Of a stretch of DNA of 64,000 bases, positions 39,379 through 48,713 are shown piece after piece. The DNA lies in NCBI GenBank assembly GCA_043812195.1, contig JBDRML010000001.1, positions 1-64,000 of the forward strand, read 5' to 3'. Both the position numbers and the translations under genes were made by a program. Position 1 is the stretch's first letter; each line of letters begins with the position of its first letter. The notes under the pieces were generated by a model. The model ran no database searches, was not told the origin of the DNA, and saw only the letters and a program-made list of their open reading frames with translations. This stretch comes from Candidatus Woesearchaeota archaeon. Lineage in GTDB: Archaea; Nanobdellota; Nanobdellia; SCGC-AAA011-G17; PNOQ01.

Positions 39379-40737
39379 ATGATGAAAGAAGACAAACCAA
39401 AAAAGTTCGGCCTTAAATCGCCATTAAATGCTCAGTTTGAACTTACTTTTGCATGCCCCAGCCTATGTTCACATTGCTATAATTATTGGAGATATTTAGA
39501 AGAAAAAGAAATGGTCAAAATTGAAAAAGAACTTGGCCCACACCATTTTTTAAGTATTGCAGATAAGATAGCAGAAGCAGAAATTTTTTCTATAACGCTT
39601 ACTGGGGGAGAACCTTTATTAAGAAGAGATATTCTTTATGGTGTAATAGAAAGATTAAATTCTAAAAATGTTGAAACCAACATTAATTCAAATTTAATGT
39701 TAATTACGGATGAAGATTTGGCTAGAATGGAAAGCTTACAAGTAGGGGGGTTTCTCACTTCATTCCACACATATGATGAAGAAAAATTTGATAAAATTTC
39801 TAATTTAAATGGAGCATTTAGAAAAACAATTAGAGGGATAAGTTTGGTAAGGAGAAATAAAAGAAATCCAAGCACGAATATGGTTGTTTCTCAAATAAAT
39901 AAGGGAGATGTGTACCAAACTGGAAAATTTTTATATAGCAACTTTGGAATAAAACGTTTTAGTGCTACACCTATTAATCCCTGTACAAATGCAAAAGCTC
40001 ATCTTGATATGAGATTAAGCAAAGAAGAAACCATAGAAACACTAGAGGATTTAGTAAGGTTAGAGCAAGATTTAGGAATCTCTACCGAAGTTCTTGAACC
40101 AATTCCTTATTGTTTAATTTATGATAATCCAAGCTTTGAGAAGTTTATGAAAAAAACTTGTACAGCAGGCAAATCAACAATTGCAATAGACCCCACAGCA
40201 AATGTTAGAGCATGCATACATCTAACAAAAAATTATGGTTCTTTATTAGAAGAAAGTTTAGAAGATATCTGGGGTAGAATGGCAGAGTGGAGGCAAAGTG
40301 GATATTACCCTGATGAATGCAAATCTTGTTCTGTAATAGATAAGTGCAAAGGAGCCTGTAGATCTGAAGCAGAATCTGTTTATGGAGACATAACCTCCAG
40401 ACCACCCCTGATGACATCTCCTCTAGATACAAAATTAGAATCGACACACCAAAATACAGAAATTTCACTAAAAGGATTTGATAATAGTTATTTAACTACT
40501 AATAATGTAAGATATAGGAAAGAACATGGGGGGTATATATTATTTTCACCATCAAAAAAGTATTTATTTTTAAACCAAGGAGAATTTGAAGCATTAACAG
40601 AATTAACTGAAAAACAAACATTTAAATTATCTGATCTATTACCAAATACAGATCAAAACGACCACAAAATCACCAATTTTTTAAAAAAGATGGTTGGAGC
40701 AAATATTATTGTTCCTAAGGAGGAAAAAATAAAATGA
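39379..40737 (+). CDS. Radical SAM/SPASM peptide maturase-like enzyme with C-terminal RRE/PqqD-like domain
   Basis: CPSLCSHC, TGGEP, CTAG...C, CKSC.....CKGAC; C-terminal RYRKEHGGYILF...FLKKMVGANII. Confidence 0.88.
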   Translation: MMKEDKPKKFGLKSPLNAQFELTFACPSLCSHCYNYWRYLEEKEMVKIEKELGPHHFLSIADKIAEAEIFSITLTGGEPLLRRDILYGVIERLNSKNVETNINSNLMLITDEDLARMESLQVGGFLTSFHTYDEEKFDKISNLNGAFRKTIRGISLVRRNKRNPSTNMVVSQINKGDVYQTGKFLYSNFGIKRFSATPINPCTNAKAHLDMRLSKEETIETLEDLVRLEQDLGISTEVLEPIPYCLIYDNPSFEKFMKKTCTAGKSTIAIDPTANVRACIHLTKNYGSLLEESLEDIWGRMAEWRQSGYYPDECKSCSVIDKCKGACRSEAESVYGDITSRPPLMTSPLDTKLESTHQNTEISLKGFDNSYLTTNNVRYRKEHGGYILFSPSKKYLFLNQGEFEALTELTEKQTFKLSDLLPNTDQNDHKITNFLKKMVGANIIVPKEEKIK

Positions 40738-40955
40738 TACAAGATTTAAAGGAAGTCATTGCAAACAGTTCAAAAAAGACAGAAAGATTACAAATTATGA
40801 CTACAAGCGGAGACTTAAAATTAAGTTTATACCAAAAATTATCTAAGACCAATGACATTGAAGGAGCCTACTCAGTTGATTCGTGCACATGTGATTGTGT
40901 CTGCGATGGAGACTGTGAAGTGTGTGATTGCGATACCTGTTACACAAGATACTAA
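40734..40955 (+). CDS. Putative RiPP precursor with 8-Cys acidic core
   Basis: C-terminal SCTCDCVCDGDCEVCDCDTCYTRY after a leader-like region; AGGAGG RBS; ATGA overlap with rSAM gene. Confidence 0.75.
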   Translation: MIQDLKEVIANSSKKTERLQIMTTSGDLKLSLYQKLSKTNDIEGAYSVDSCTCDCVCDGDCEVCDCDTCYTRY

Positions 40956-40969
40956 CAACCTAACTAATT

Positions 40970-41665
40970 ATGAGCAATAAAAAAGTATATTTTGAAAAAA
41001 GCAGAGAAAAAGAAGAAAGAAATTATTATATGATGGCTAATTTTAAATGTGGCCCTATTTCTCGTGGTAATTTTTTTGATGAAGAATTTACTAAAAAAAT
41101 AAAAAATAAAAAATTCGAAGACGTAAGAGATATAATAAAACAAAAAATAAAAAAAGATTACGAATCGCTGACATTCGATTTAGATGGGTTTCTTAGAAAT
41201 GCTAAAAAAGAATGGAGCAAGGTCGAAGAAGAATATCTTAAAAAATTAGAAAAGATTATGCAAAAGCCATTTTTAGCCAACAAAGTAATTTGCTACTCAA
41301 CAATTCTCCCAAGATGCAATTATTGGTATAAACTGCCTTGTCCATGGTTTAAGCTTAGTATCCTCTATCCTAAAAAAAAATGGAACCAGGTGTGTATGCA
41401 CGAAATAATGCATTTTATGTTCCATTGGCACTACTGGGATTCCTGTAGAAAACATTTAAATGAAGAGAAAACTTGGCACTTAAAAGAAGCATTAACATTT
41501 ATACTCAATGAAGAATTTTCAGATTTATTAAAAGAAAAAGATATTGGATATCCTCCACATCAAGAATTAAGAAAGAAATTACTTAAGATTTGGAAAAAAG
41601 ATAAGGATTTTAAAAGTTTTTTAGATAAAAGTATCAAAGTTATGAAAATGTGGAAAATTGAGTAA
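40970..41665 (+). CDS. HExxH zinc metallopeptidase-like protein
   Basis: MHEIMHF...HLKEAL gluzincin-like motif. Confidence 0.65.
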   Translation: MSNKKVYFEKSREKEERNYYMMANFKCGPISRGNFFDEEFTKKIKNKKFEDVRDIIKQKIKKDYESLTFDLDGFLRNAKKEWSKVEEEYLKKLEKIMQKPFLANKVICYSTILPRCNYWYKLPCPWFKLSILYPKKKWNQVCMHEIMHFMFHWHYWDSCRKHLNEEKTWHLKEALTFILNEEFSDLLKEKDIGYPPHQELRKKLLKIWKKDKDFKSFLDKSIKVMKMWKIE

Positions 41666-41687
41666 GCGAGAGGTTTCTCGCGCTCTC
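41665..41687 (+). repeat. Hairpin element copy 9
   Basis: agcgagaggtttctcgcgctctc; abuts TAA of upstream gene. Confidence 0.95.
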
Positions 41688-41724
41688 TGAAAAGATTTAT
41701 AAAAATGAATATCCTACCAAAAAT

Positions 41725-42405
41725 ATGAAAAAATCCTATATTATTACTGGATTGCTTATTGTTATATTTTTATTAATATTAAATACACTTAATATAATCG
41801 CAGAACTTAATCCCTTTGTAAATAATATTGGAAATACTAAAGAAGATGAAATCCCTATTAATGGGATTCCATATACTGAAAAAGAATTGAAAGATATACT
41901 TATTTTAGAAACTAAAAATATAGAAGTTCAGGATAAAACTTTAGACGAGATTATAAGTGAGATAAGACCAAGAATAAAAACATTCACTGGAAACAAATAT
42001 AAATTATTTGAACCTGTACTTTCTGTAGATAGAGGTTCTCCAGAAGCTACGGTCTTTCTTTTGAGTGGTAATGGATATATTGATGATAATGCATATGATG
42101 GTTATTATATATTAATTAGGTGGGATGAAGAATCTGCAGATATTATAGAAGAATCTATTGCTTGGAGAGGCATTCCTATTGAATATAAAAAAATGGCTGA
42201 GAAAATAGCTAGAGAGAATGAAGAAATTATGAATAAAACCCCCTATTTAATAGATGTTAGATGGATACCAGAAAAATTAGGGCAGGTACAACTATTTTTT
42301 GATGATATGTCTGCAATTCCAGAAAGCCCCATGGCATTTATCATAGTAGATTTAAATACAAAAGAAATTATTTCTATCGAGAAAAGATATTGGGATGGTT
42401 GGTAA
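41725..42405 (+). CDS. Secreted/membrane-anchored hypothetical protein
   Basis: N-terminal hydrophobic signal. Confidence 0.65.
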   Translation: MKKSYIITGLLIVIFLLILNTLNIIAELNPFVNNIGNTKEDEIPINGIPYTEKELKDILILETKNIEVQDKTLDEIISEIRPRIKTFTGNKYKLFEPVLSVDRGSPEATVFLLSGNGYIDDNAYDGYYILIRWDEESADIIEESIAWRGIPIEYKKMAEKIARENEEIMNKTPYLIDVRWIPEKLGQVQLFFDDMSAIPESPMAFIIVDLNTKEIISIEKRYWDGW

Positions 42406-42417
42406 GCAAGTGCTCTC
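42403..42417 (+). repeat. Collapsed hairpin element (copy 10, stem lost)
   Basis: taagcaagtgctctc then tttgagata: both ends of the consensus retained, at a gene boundary. Confidence 0.55.
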
Positions 42418-42428
42418 TTTGAGATAAA

Positions 42429-42950
42429 TTAATCTACATATGCTTTTAAATACCCTGTTTTTGTATGAGGAAGACCACCAACCCCTACATAATCAAATAC
42501 AATATCAGCTTTAAATAAACTTCCAGGTATCCCAATATATCCATCGCCACAATCGTCTGATCTCCAGGTAGTTAATACATCAGCTGGCATAGTATCTGAT
42601 TCTGTTCCCATGCATCCTGTAACACATGAGAGTGTACAAATAACTTCACCACCATCAAATCTTATTACGGCCGGGGTTGTTATTATCACATTTACAGAGT
42701 AGATATCATCACCAATACCATTTCTTAAATCAAGCGTTATTCTATCATTATAACCATCTAGGTATTTTACTAAATAGTCATCACAAAAGATTCCAGGTGT
42801 TATCACACATTTTCCAGATGCAAGAGTTGGGTAACTATTTTGGAGATTTGATATTTTATTTTCTGATTCAAATGAAATTGCCAGCACAATAAAAGGTATA
42901 ACAAGAATAGAAATTATAATAATAGGCAATATAAAGTATCTTTTTTTCAT
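42429..42950 (-). CDS. Secreted/membrane-anchored hypothetical protein
   Basis: N-terminal TM; Cys pairs. Confidence 0.65.
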   Translation of the reverse strand: MKKRYFILPIIIISILVIPFIVLAISFESENKISNLQNSYPTLASGKCVITPGIFCDDYLVKYLDGYNDRITLDLRNGIGDDIYSVNVIITTPAVIRFDGGEVICTLSCVTGCMGTESDTMPADVLTTWRSDDCGDGYIGIPGSLFKADIVFDYVGVGGLPHTKTGYLKAYVD

Positions 42951-42997
42951 GTTATTAATTTGAATTTTGATTTATTTAAGGATTATGGTATTAGTAA

Positions 42998-43020
42998 AGC
43001 GAGAAGTGTCTCGCGCTCTC
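42998..43020 (+). repeat. Hairpin element copy 11
   Basis: agcgagaagtgtctcgcgctctc. Confidence 0.95.
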
Positions 43021-43067
43021 AATAGTAAGGTTTATAAATAGTAATTTGGTTTTGAATTTTAGTAAAA

Positions 43068-43337
43068 ATGAAAAAATATACACCAATAATAAAAAATATA
43101 GTTGCAATAGTTGATTTAGAAACTAGTTTAGATTTAGAGAGCCTATCAACTCAACTAGAAAATGTTAGTGAATACAATAAAACAAAATTTCCAGGATTAT
43201 GTTTAAAATCAAAAATCCCCGGATTATCTTATCTTCTATTTGAAAATGGAAAGGTTGTTTTAACAGGGGCTAAATCTGAAGAAGAATTACAACAGGGAAC
43301 TGAATATATATTACACATTTTGAAGGATAATCTTTAA
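43068..43337 (+). CDS. Single-repeat TATA-binding-protein domain protein (half TBP)
   Basis: NIVA.VDL...LDL..L......EYN...FPGL........LLFENGKVVLTGAKSEEEL; 89 aa. Confidence 0.85.
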   Translation: MKKYTPIIKNIVAIVDLETSLDLESLSTQLENVSEYNKTKFPGLCLKSKIPGLSYLLFENGKVVLTGAKSEEELQQGTEYILHILKDNL

Positions 43338-43364
43338 TAGTTAATAAAACTTTTCTCTAACAAA

Positions 43365-43422
43365 CATATAAACATTTTAAGTCCTGATATTAGAATTTTT
43401 AATTCTAAGTTGGTTAAAAGTA
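43365..43422 (+). repeat. Displaced, diverged copy of helicase 3' end (~58 bp)
   Basis: catataaacattttaagtcctgatattagaatttttaattctaagttggttaaaagta. Confidence 0.82.
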
Positions 43423-43445
43423 AGCGAGAGGTTTCTTGGGTTCTC
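43423..43445 (+). repeat. Hairpin element copy 12 (degenerate)
   Basis: agcgagaggtttcttgggttctc. Confidence 0.78.
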
Positions 43446-43599
43446 TTAAAAAAAGCAAAAAGCTTTAAAAGTTAATTTCCTTGCTATTAAACAAAAGATA
43501 TGATAGATTTGGTTGTAATATGGAAAATGACAAAAACAATATACTTAAACAAGGATTTTAAACCAAAACTATTGGCAGTGGCAGATAAACTTAGAAATA

Positions 43600-44901
43600 A
43601 TGAAGATGAATAAAAAAGAAATTTCAGAACTTATAAAAACAGGAGAAGGATATACTCTTGAATTCAAAGAAAGTTTAAGTAGTTCTATTGGAAAGACAAT
43701 ATGCGCTTTTGCAAATTCTTCAGGAGGAAAAATTATTTTAGGAGTTACAGATAATGGGGTTGTTAGGAGTTATAATCTAAATAACGCTGACCGTTCAAAA
43801 ATTGAAAATATTGTAAGGAATATGGATCCTTCATTTCGAGTAAATATAGAACAGGTTTCAGATTTAGTTGTGATTTATGTTCCTGAAGGTAAAGAGAAAC
43901 CTTACGCCATAAACGGGCATTTTTATTTAAGGCAAGGAGCAAATTCACAACAATTAAGGCGGGATGAAATTAGATCATTATTCCAGAGAGAGAATTTAAT
44001 TAGATTTGATCGTAAAGCCAATCAAGAATTTGATATGAAAGAAGATTTTGATAAGAAAAAATTCAAATCATTCATTACCAAAACTGGGATTGACAGTTCT
44101 TTGCCTAAACAACATATCTTAAAGAATTTAGGTTTAATTACTGAAAATAAGCTTAATAATACAGGAGTTTTATTTTTTTCACATCGCATTTCTAAGTTTT
44201 TCTTAAATTCTGTCATCACCTGTGTGTTATATAGCGGGAGAACAAAAACAAAGATTTTGGATAAAAAAGAATTTGATGCAGATTTTGTTTCTAACTTCAA
44301 TAATGCCGTCATTTTTGCATTAAAAACACTTAAAACAGAATATGTTATTGAAAAAGTTGAAAGGGAAGAAAAACATGAAATCCCTGAAAAAGTTTTGCGT
44401 GAATTAATAATCAATGCAATGATTCACAGAAATTATTTTTCAGAAGGCCGTATTTTAATTGAGATTTATGCAGATAGAATTGAAATTACTAATCCAGGAG
44501 AGCTATTATTTAAGAAAAGTGATTTGGGGAAAAGAAGCCTTGCCAGAAATCCTCTTTTAGTTGATTTAGTTCACAGGCTGCAATTTGTGGAAAAAATAGG
44601 CTCAGGTATTAAAAGAGTCAAAGAATTAATGGGGAGTAAAATTAAATTTGATATAGATTCTGACTGGTTTGGAGTGATTATTAAGAGAAATGACACTGTA
44701 AATGACACTGTAAATGACACTGTAAAAATCATTTTATCTGAATTAAGAATTAATCCTAATATTACTTATGATGAACTAGGAAAGAAAATTGGTAAAAGCA
44801 GGAGCACAATTATTCGTCATATTGACAAACTAAAAGAAAAGGGTATTGTAAAGAGAATTGGCTCAGATAAAGGAGGACATTGGGAAGTGGTTGGAAAATG
44901 A
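43600..44901 (+). CDS. AlbA_2/Schlafen + HATPase_c_4 + wHTH protein
   Basis: GEGYTLEFKE, ICAFANSSGG.I.LGV.D, RELIINAMIHRNY, RNP, EKIGSGI, RIGSDKGGHWEV. Confidence 0.88.
   Translation: MKMNKKEISELIKTGEGYTLEFKESLSSSIGKTICAFANSSGGKIILGVTDNGVVRSYNLNNADRSKIENIVRNMDPSFRVNIEQVSDLVVIYVPEGKEKPYAINGHFYLRQGANSQQLRRDEIRSLFQRENLIRFDRKANQEFDMKEDFDKKKFKSFITKTGIDSSLPKQHILKNLGLITENKLNNTGVLFFSHRISKFFLNSVITCVLYSGRTKTKILDKKEFDADFVSNFNNAVIFALKTLKTEYVIEKVEREEKHEIPEKVLRELIINAMIHRNYFSEGRILIEIYADRIEITNPGELLFKKSDLGKRSLARNPLLVDLVHRLQFVEKIGSGIKRVKELMGSKIKFDIDSDWFGVIIKRNDTVNDTVNDTVKIILSELRINPNITYDELGKKIGKSRSTIIRHIDKLKEKGIVKRIGSDKGGHWEVVGK
44689..44724 (+). repeat. 12-bp in-frame tandem repeat x3 (NDTV linker)
   Basis: AATGACACTGTA x3. 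Confidence 0.9.
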
Positions 44902-44958
44902 AAGATCTAAAGAAGAATTTAAAGAGAGTTGTGTGCACGTTTATGGTAAACTACTACT

Positions 44959-45531
44959 ATGAAAAAGAAAAGGCAAAAACCATGGGAAACAAAATTAATT
45001 GAAAAAATTATTGATGTTACTGGTTATTGTTTTCCTGGAGCGGAAGAAGAAGCATTGAAGCAGTTTAACAAAGTAAAAGCTAAAGAAATTTCTGTAATGC
45101 GAACTAAAGTAGATTTTGATCGTGGTTTTCAAACATGGTTTTTATTAAAATATTTAATCGAAGAAAAATTTACACCAATGGAAGTTATTTCTGGAAACCC
45201 GTCAAATTATTTTACAAAAAGAGAATTGCAAATGGTTGATAACTTTCTCAATAATAAAGAGGGCTTTTATGAAATAATATCCATCTCAAGAGACAAAAAA
45301 GACTTTACCATAAAGAATGTTATGAATAGCGAGATTATTTCTGTAAAAACAATTGATTTTCCCAACAAATTAAGTAAAGGAGAACATATTTATACAATTC
45401 CTGTGCAAAAGCTTGATGGAAACTATTTCTTTTACGGCAATGTAACATGTTATTCAAAAGAGAATTGTGTAGATATTGTAAATCTTACAAAGATAGAAAA
45501 AGCACATAGGTTAAGTTTATATGAGAGATGA
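44959..45531 (+). CDS. Hypothetical protein, possibly 3'-truncated
   Basis: Its TGA stop is formed by the first bases of the helicase duplicate. Confidence 0.55.
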   Translation: MKKKRQKPWETKLIEKIIDVTGYCFPGAEEEALKQFNKVKAKEISVMRTKVDFDRGFQTWFLLKYLIEEKFTPMEVISGNPSNYFTKRELQMVDNFLNNKEGFYEIISISRDKKDFTIKNVMNSEIISVKTIDFPNKLSKGEHIYTIPVQKLDGNYFFYGNVTCYSKENCVDIVNLTKIEKAHRLSLYER

Positions 45532-45841
45532 ATTAGTCAAAAAATTTAAAGATAAGGAAATTGAAGTTCTTTTTTCAACTAAATGTAATAGGGGTGTAGA
45601 TTTTCCAGGTGAAATTTGTAATAGTATTATATTCACAAAATATCCATATCCTAATGTAAGTTCTTTATTTTGGCAGATATTAAAGAAAAGTAAGCCTGAA
45701 TATTATAGTATGTTCTATAAAGATAAAGCTGAAAGAGAATTCTTGCAAAGAGTTTATAGAGGTCTTAGGTCAGAAAAAGATCATATAAATATTTTAAGTC
45801 CAGATATTAGGATTTTGAATTCCATTGGGTTGGTTAAGTAA
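45529..45841 (+). pseudogene. 311-bp duplicate of helicase 3' end
   Basis: 45529-45839 matches 37120-37430 with about 8 substitutions by eye; encoded protein identical. Confidence 0.93.
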
Positions 45842-45863
45842 GCGAGAGGTTTCTCGCGCTCTC
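45841..45863 (+). repeat. Hairpin element copy 13
   Basis: agcgagaggtttctcgcgctctc; the next (minus-strand) gene's stop begins at 45864. Confidence 0.95.
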
Positions 45864-46478
45864 TTAATTAAAATAACCTTCATACTGTTCTAAATGTTCA
45901 AAGAACTTTTTAGCATATACCTCGCAATTTGGTTGCAATTGGGCATCAAGATCTCCATGGCACCCAAAATTTGCATATGCATTTCCATATATTTTATCAT
46001 ATTCAATAATTTTCTTTATAGTATTGGGAGGAACTATTAAAGGAATTCCTTCGTTTTGATAGTATTCTACAGAATGAGGAGGCATCATATTAATTTCTGA
46101 ATAATTATACCAAACTTCAAAATCTCCTAAATTTTCAACTTTGCCCCTTTTCTTCACTTTTTCAGTTTCTTGATAATATAGATTATCTTTATTAAAAACC
46201 AAAACAGTAGCCACGATTCCAGCATAATAAAAAGTATTCTCATTTGTAATGTTCCTATTTTTATCCTCAGCAATCAGCATAGAATAATATCCCCATTCAT
46301 CACCTTCCAGTCCTGCCCCTCCTACTTCTGAATTAGGAATATACCCTTCAGGAAGTTCGGTATTAACAAAACTTAAAAATAAATTATTATCCTTTTCTAT
46401 ATCAAGTTTAGAAAACTTACATCCTGAAATAGGCAAGATAATTAAAATAATTAAAATAAATAATAACTTCTTTTTCAT
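45864..46478 (-). CDS. Putative lipoprotein
   Basis: ISGC lipobox. Confidence 0.7.
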   Translation of the reverse strand: MKKKLLFILIILIILPISGCKFSKLDIEKDNNLFLSFVNTELPEGYIPNSEVGGAGLEGDEWGYYSMLIAEDKNRNITNENTFYYAGIVATVLVFNKDNLYYQETEKVKKRGKVENLGDFEVWYNYSEINMMPPHSVEYYQNEGIPLIVPPNTIKKIIEYDKIYGNAYANFGCHGDLDAQLQPNCEVYAKKFFEHLEQYEGYFN

Positions 46479-46525
46479 AGTAAAATATTAATACTTTACT
46501 ATTTAAATATTTCCAAATTAGTCTT

Positions 46526-46549
46526 AGCGAGAGCTTCTCCCGCGCTCTC
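46526..46549 (+). repeat. Hairpin element copy 14
   Basis: agcgagagcttctcccgcgctctc then tttagtaa. Confidence 0.85.
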
Positions 46550-46618
46550 TTTAGTAAAAAACCTAAAAAAACCCAAAATTAGTTCCTTTTATATATTTTT
46601 CTAATATTTCTATTTTAG

Positions 46619-47881
46619 ATGAAAATACTAAAAAGCCCTATTTCAGTTCACTATGAATTAACTGAAAATTGCAATCATCGTTGCGAACATTGTTATAATC
46701 CCTTTGCGCATATTTCTGAAGAAGTTCCAAAATTAACAAGAGATAGAATAATAGAAGAATTAGTACAAAATGAAGTATTTCATGTTATCCTTACTGGAGG
46801 AGAACCATTATTTTATCAAGATATGGCTGTAGATGCTGTAAAAAGATTAAATAAAAATGGAGCTGTTGTTTCTTTAAATTCAAATTTAACTTTAATGGAT
46901 AGAAATACTGCAGTCTCACTTAAAAAAGCAGGTCTAAAAAGTGCCCTAACTAGCATAACTCACTATGATCCAAATATTCATGATAAAATTACTAAAATAG
47001 ATGGAAGTTTAGAAAGATGTATTTCTGGAATTAATTATCTTGTAAATCAAGAAATACCTGTCTCAGTAAATATGGTCGTAACAAAAGACAGAGTTGACGA
47101 TGTTTACAAAACAGGAGAAATGTTAGTAGATTTAGGTATTACAGGTTTTTCAGCAACAAGAATGGCGCCAAACAGAGATAATCTAAAAGAAATTTTAGAT
47201 GCTCAAGAAGTAAAACATATGTTAGATCAATTATTATTATTAAAAGAAAAATACGGCATTAATGTTTCAAGCTTAAACAATCTTCCAAGATGTTTTAGTT
47301 CTGACAAAAAATATGGGATATTTATGAATAGATCTTGTAATGGTGGAAGAACAAGTGCAACAATAACTCAGATAGGTGGATTAAAATCTTGTCATCATTT
47401 AGATGAAGTTGTTGGAAATATAATAGAGGAAGGATTATCAACAGTTTGGGAAAAGGCTCCAGTATTAAAAGATGAAAGATTGCCAAAAGGATGTTTAGCA
47501 TGTGATGTAAATGAAAACTGTGCAGGAGGCTGTAGACAAACTGCAGAAGTTGTTAGAAACAAAAAAACAGGCCTAGATCCAATTGCAAGAGGAAAAGAAC
47601 AAATAATAACCTTAGATCCACCAGAACTGCCAAATAAAGATAGCACATTAAGATTTATGAAAGATACATTATATAGAAAAGAAAAAAATGGAGGGGTTTT
47701 ATTTAGAAATCCAAGAAATTATGCAATATTAAATGAATCACAATATCAGTTAGCTTTAAAACTGTCAAACAACTCTTTTTCAATAAATGAATTGAAAGAT
47801 TTATTTGGAAATGAATTAAGTTCCTTTATGGAAAGATTATACCAAAAAGGTTTAATAGGGGAGGCAAAATGGAAAAATTAG
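46619..47881 (+). CDS. Radical SAM/SPASM peptide maturase-like enzyme with C-terminal RRE/PqqD-like domain
   Basis: CNHRCEHC, TGGEP, CNGG...C, CLAC.....CAGGC; paralog of 39379-40737. Confidence 0.88.
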   Translation: MKILKSPISVHYELTENCNHRCEHCYNPFAHISEEVPKLTRDRIIEELVQNEVFHVILTGGEPLFYQDMAVDAVKRLNKNGAVVSLNSNLTLMDRNTAVSLKKAGLKSALTSITHYDPNIHDKITKIDGSLERCISGINYLVNQEIPVSVNMVVTKDRVDDVYKTGEMLVDLGITGFSATRMAPNRDNLKEILDAQEVKHMLDQLLLLKEKYGINVSSLNNLPRCFSSDKKYGIFMNRSCNGGRTSATITQIGGLKSCHHLDEVVGNIIEEGLSTVWEKAPVLKDERLPKGCLACDVNENCAGGCRQTAEVVRNKKTGLDPIARGKEQIITLDPPELPNKDSTLRFMKDTLYRKEKNGGVLFRNPRNYAILNESQYQLALKLSNNSFSINELKDLFGNELSSFMERLYQKGLIGEAKWKN

Positions 47882-48033
47882 TTACTAACGAAAAAAGAAT
47901 TGACTTAAAATATGAGCCAGCAGGCAAGTTAGCAGAGATTAAAGAATTGACTTCAAAAGCAAATGTAATAGAAGAATTAAATTATTTAAGAACAATAGAT
48001 TACGATTGTGATGACGGAAATTGTAGTGATTAA
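47869..48033 (+). CDS. 54-aa putative RiPP precursor (not in ORF track)
   Basis: GGGGAGG RBS; MEKLVTNEKRIDLKYEPAGKLAEIKELTSKANVIEELNYLRTIDYDCDDGNCSD; same position as 40734-40955 in the paralogous module. Confidence 0.72.
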   Translation: MEKLVTNEKRIDLKYEPAGKLAEIKELTSKANVIEELNYLRTIDYDCDDGNCSD

Positions 48034-48035
48034 AT

Positions 48036-48623
48036 ATGATTTATAACTTAAATGAAGTAAATGAAAAAGAACTAAAAGAGTTCTTAGATACCTCATTAGA
48101 AGAACTAAAAGAGTTTTACAAATTAGGGGAATTTCAAACTCCTAATTTATTTATTTTAAAAGATAGAAAAACTATAGATCAATTAAAAGGGAAAAAAACA
48201 GAGGATTGGTTAGTTGGTTGGTCTGTCCCAGAGCTTAATTCAATTTTTGTTCTAGAAAAATCTAAATTCGGAACAGAAAGCAAAAAAGTATACAGCGATA
48301 ATATGTACAATAAATTACTGAAACATGAATTAGTTCATATTATATATCATAAAATTTCTAAAAATAGAAAACCAGTTTGGCTTAGTGAAGGTATAGCAAT
48401 TTATCTTTCAGGCCAATATCTTAAAAAAACTAGACCAGAAAAATTCAAAAATTTCCTAAATTTTTATAATGAAGGAGGATCTGAAGTTTATGAAGAAAGC
48501 GGATTTGCTGTTGAATTATTAATCAACAAATTTGGAAAAGAAAAATTATTAACTTTAATTAAATCTTTAAACGGAATAGAATCAGATAAAGAATTTTTAA
48601 AGAAATATACAAAGTTGAGCTAA
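48036..48623 (+). CDS. Peptidase MA-like HExxH protein
   Basis: LKHELVH...PVWLSEGIA.Y...YEESG.AV..LI.KFG. Confidence 0.75.
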   Translation: MIYNLNEVNEKELKEFLDTSLEELKEFYKLGEFQTPNLFILKDRKTIDQLKGKKTEDWLVGWSVPELNSIFVLEKSKFGTESKKVYSDNMYNKLLKHELVHIIYHKISKNRKPVWLSEGIAIYLSGQYLKKTRPEKFKNFLNFYNEGGSEVYEESGFAVELLINKFGKEKLLTLIKSLNGIESDKEFLKKYTKLS

Positions 48624-48653
48624 ATTACAATCTTTTTAATAATTAAAAATTTT

Positions 48654-48670
48654 AGAAAGAGAGTGCTCTC
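48654..48670 (+). repeat. Collapsed hairpin element (copy 15)
   Basis: agaaagagagtgctctc then tttagata, at a module boundary. Confidence 0.5.
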
Positions 48671-48713
48671 TTTAGATAGATTTTTATATTTCAATTAATT
48701 AATAAAAATAAAA

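Noticed and set aside
44689-44724. 12-bp tandem repeat as a phase-variation tract
   Set aside because: In-frame linker repeat typical of this protein family; copy-number change would not switch expression
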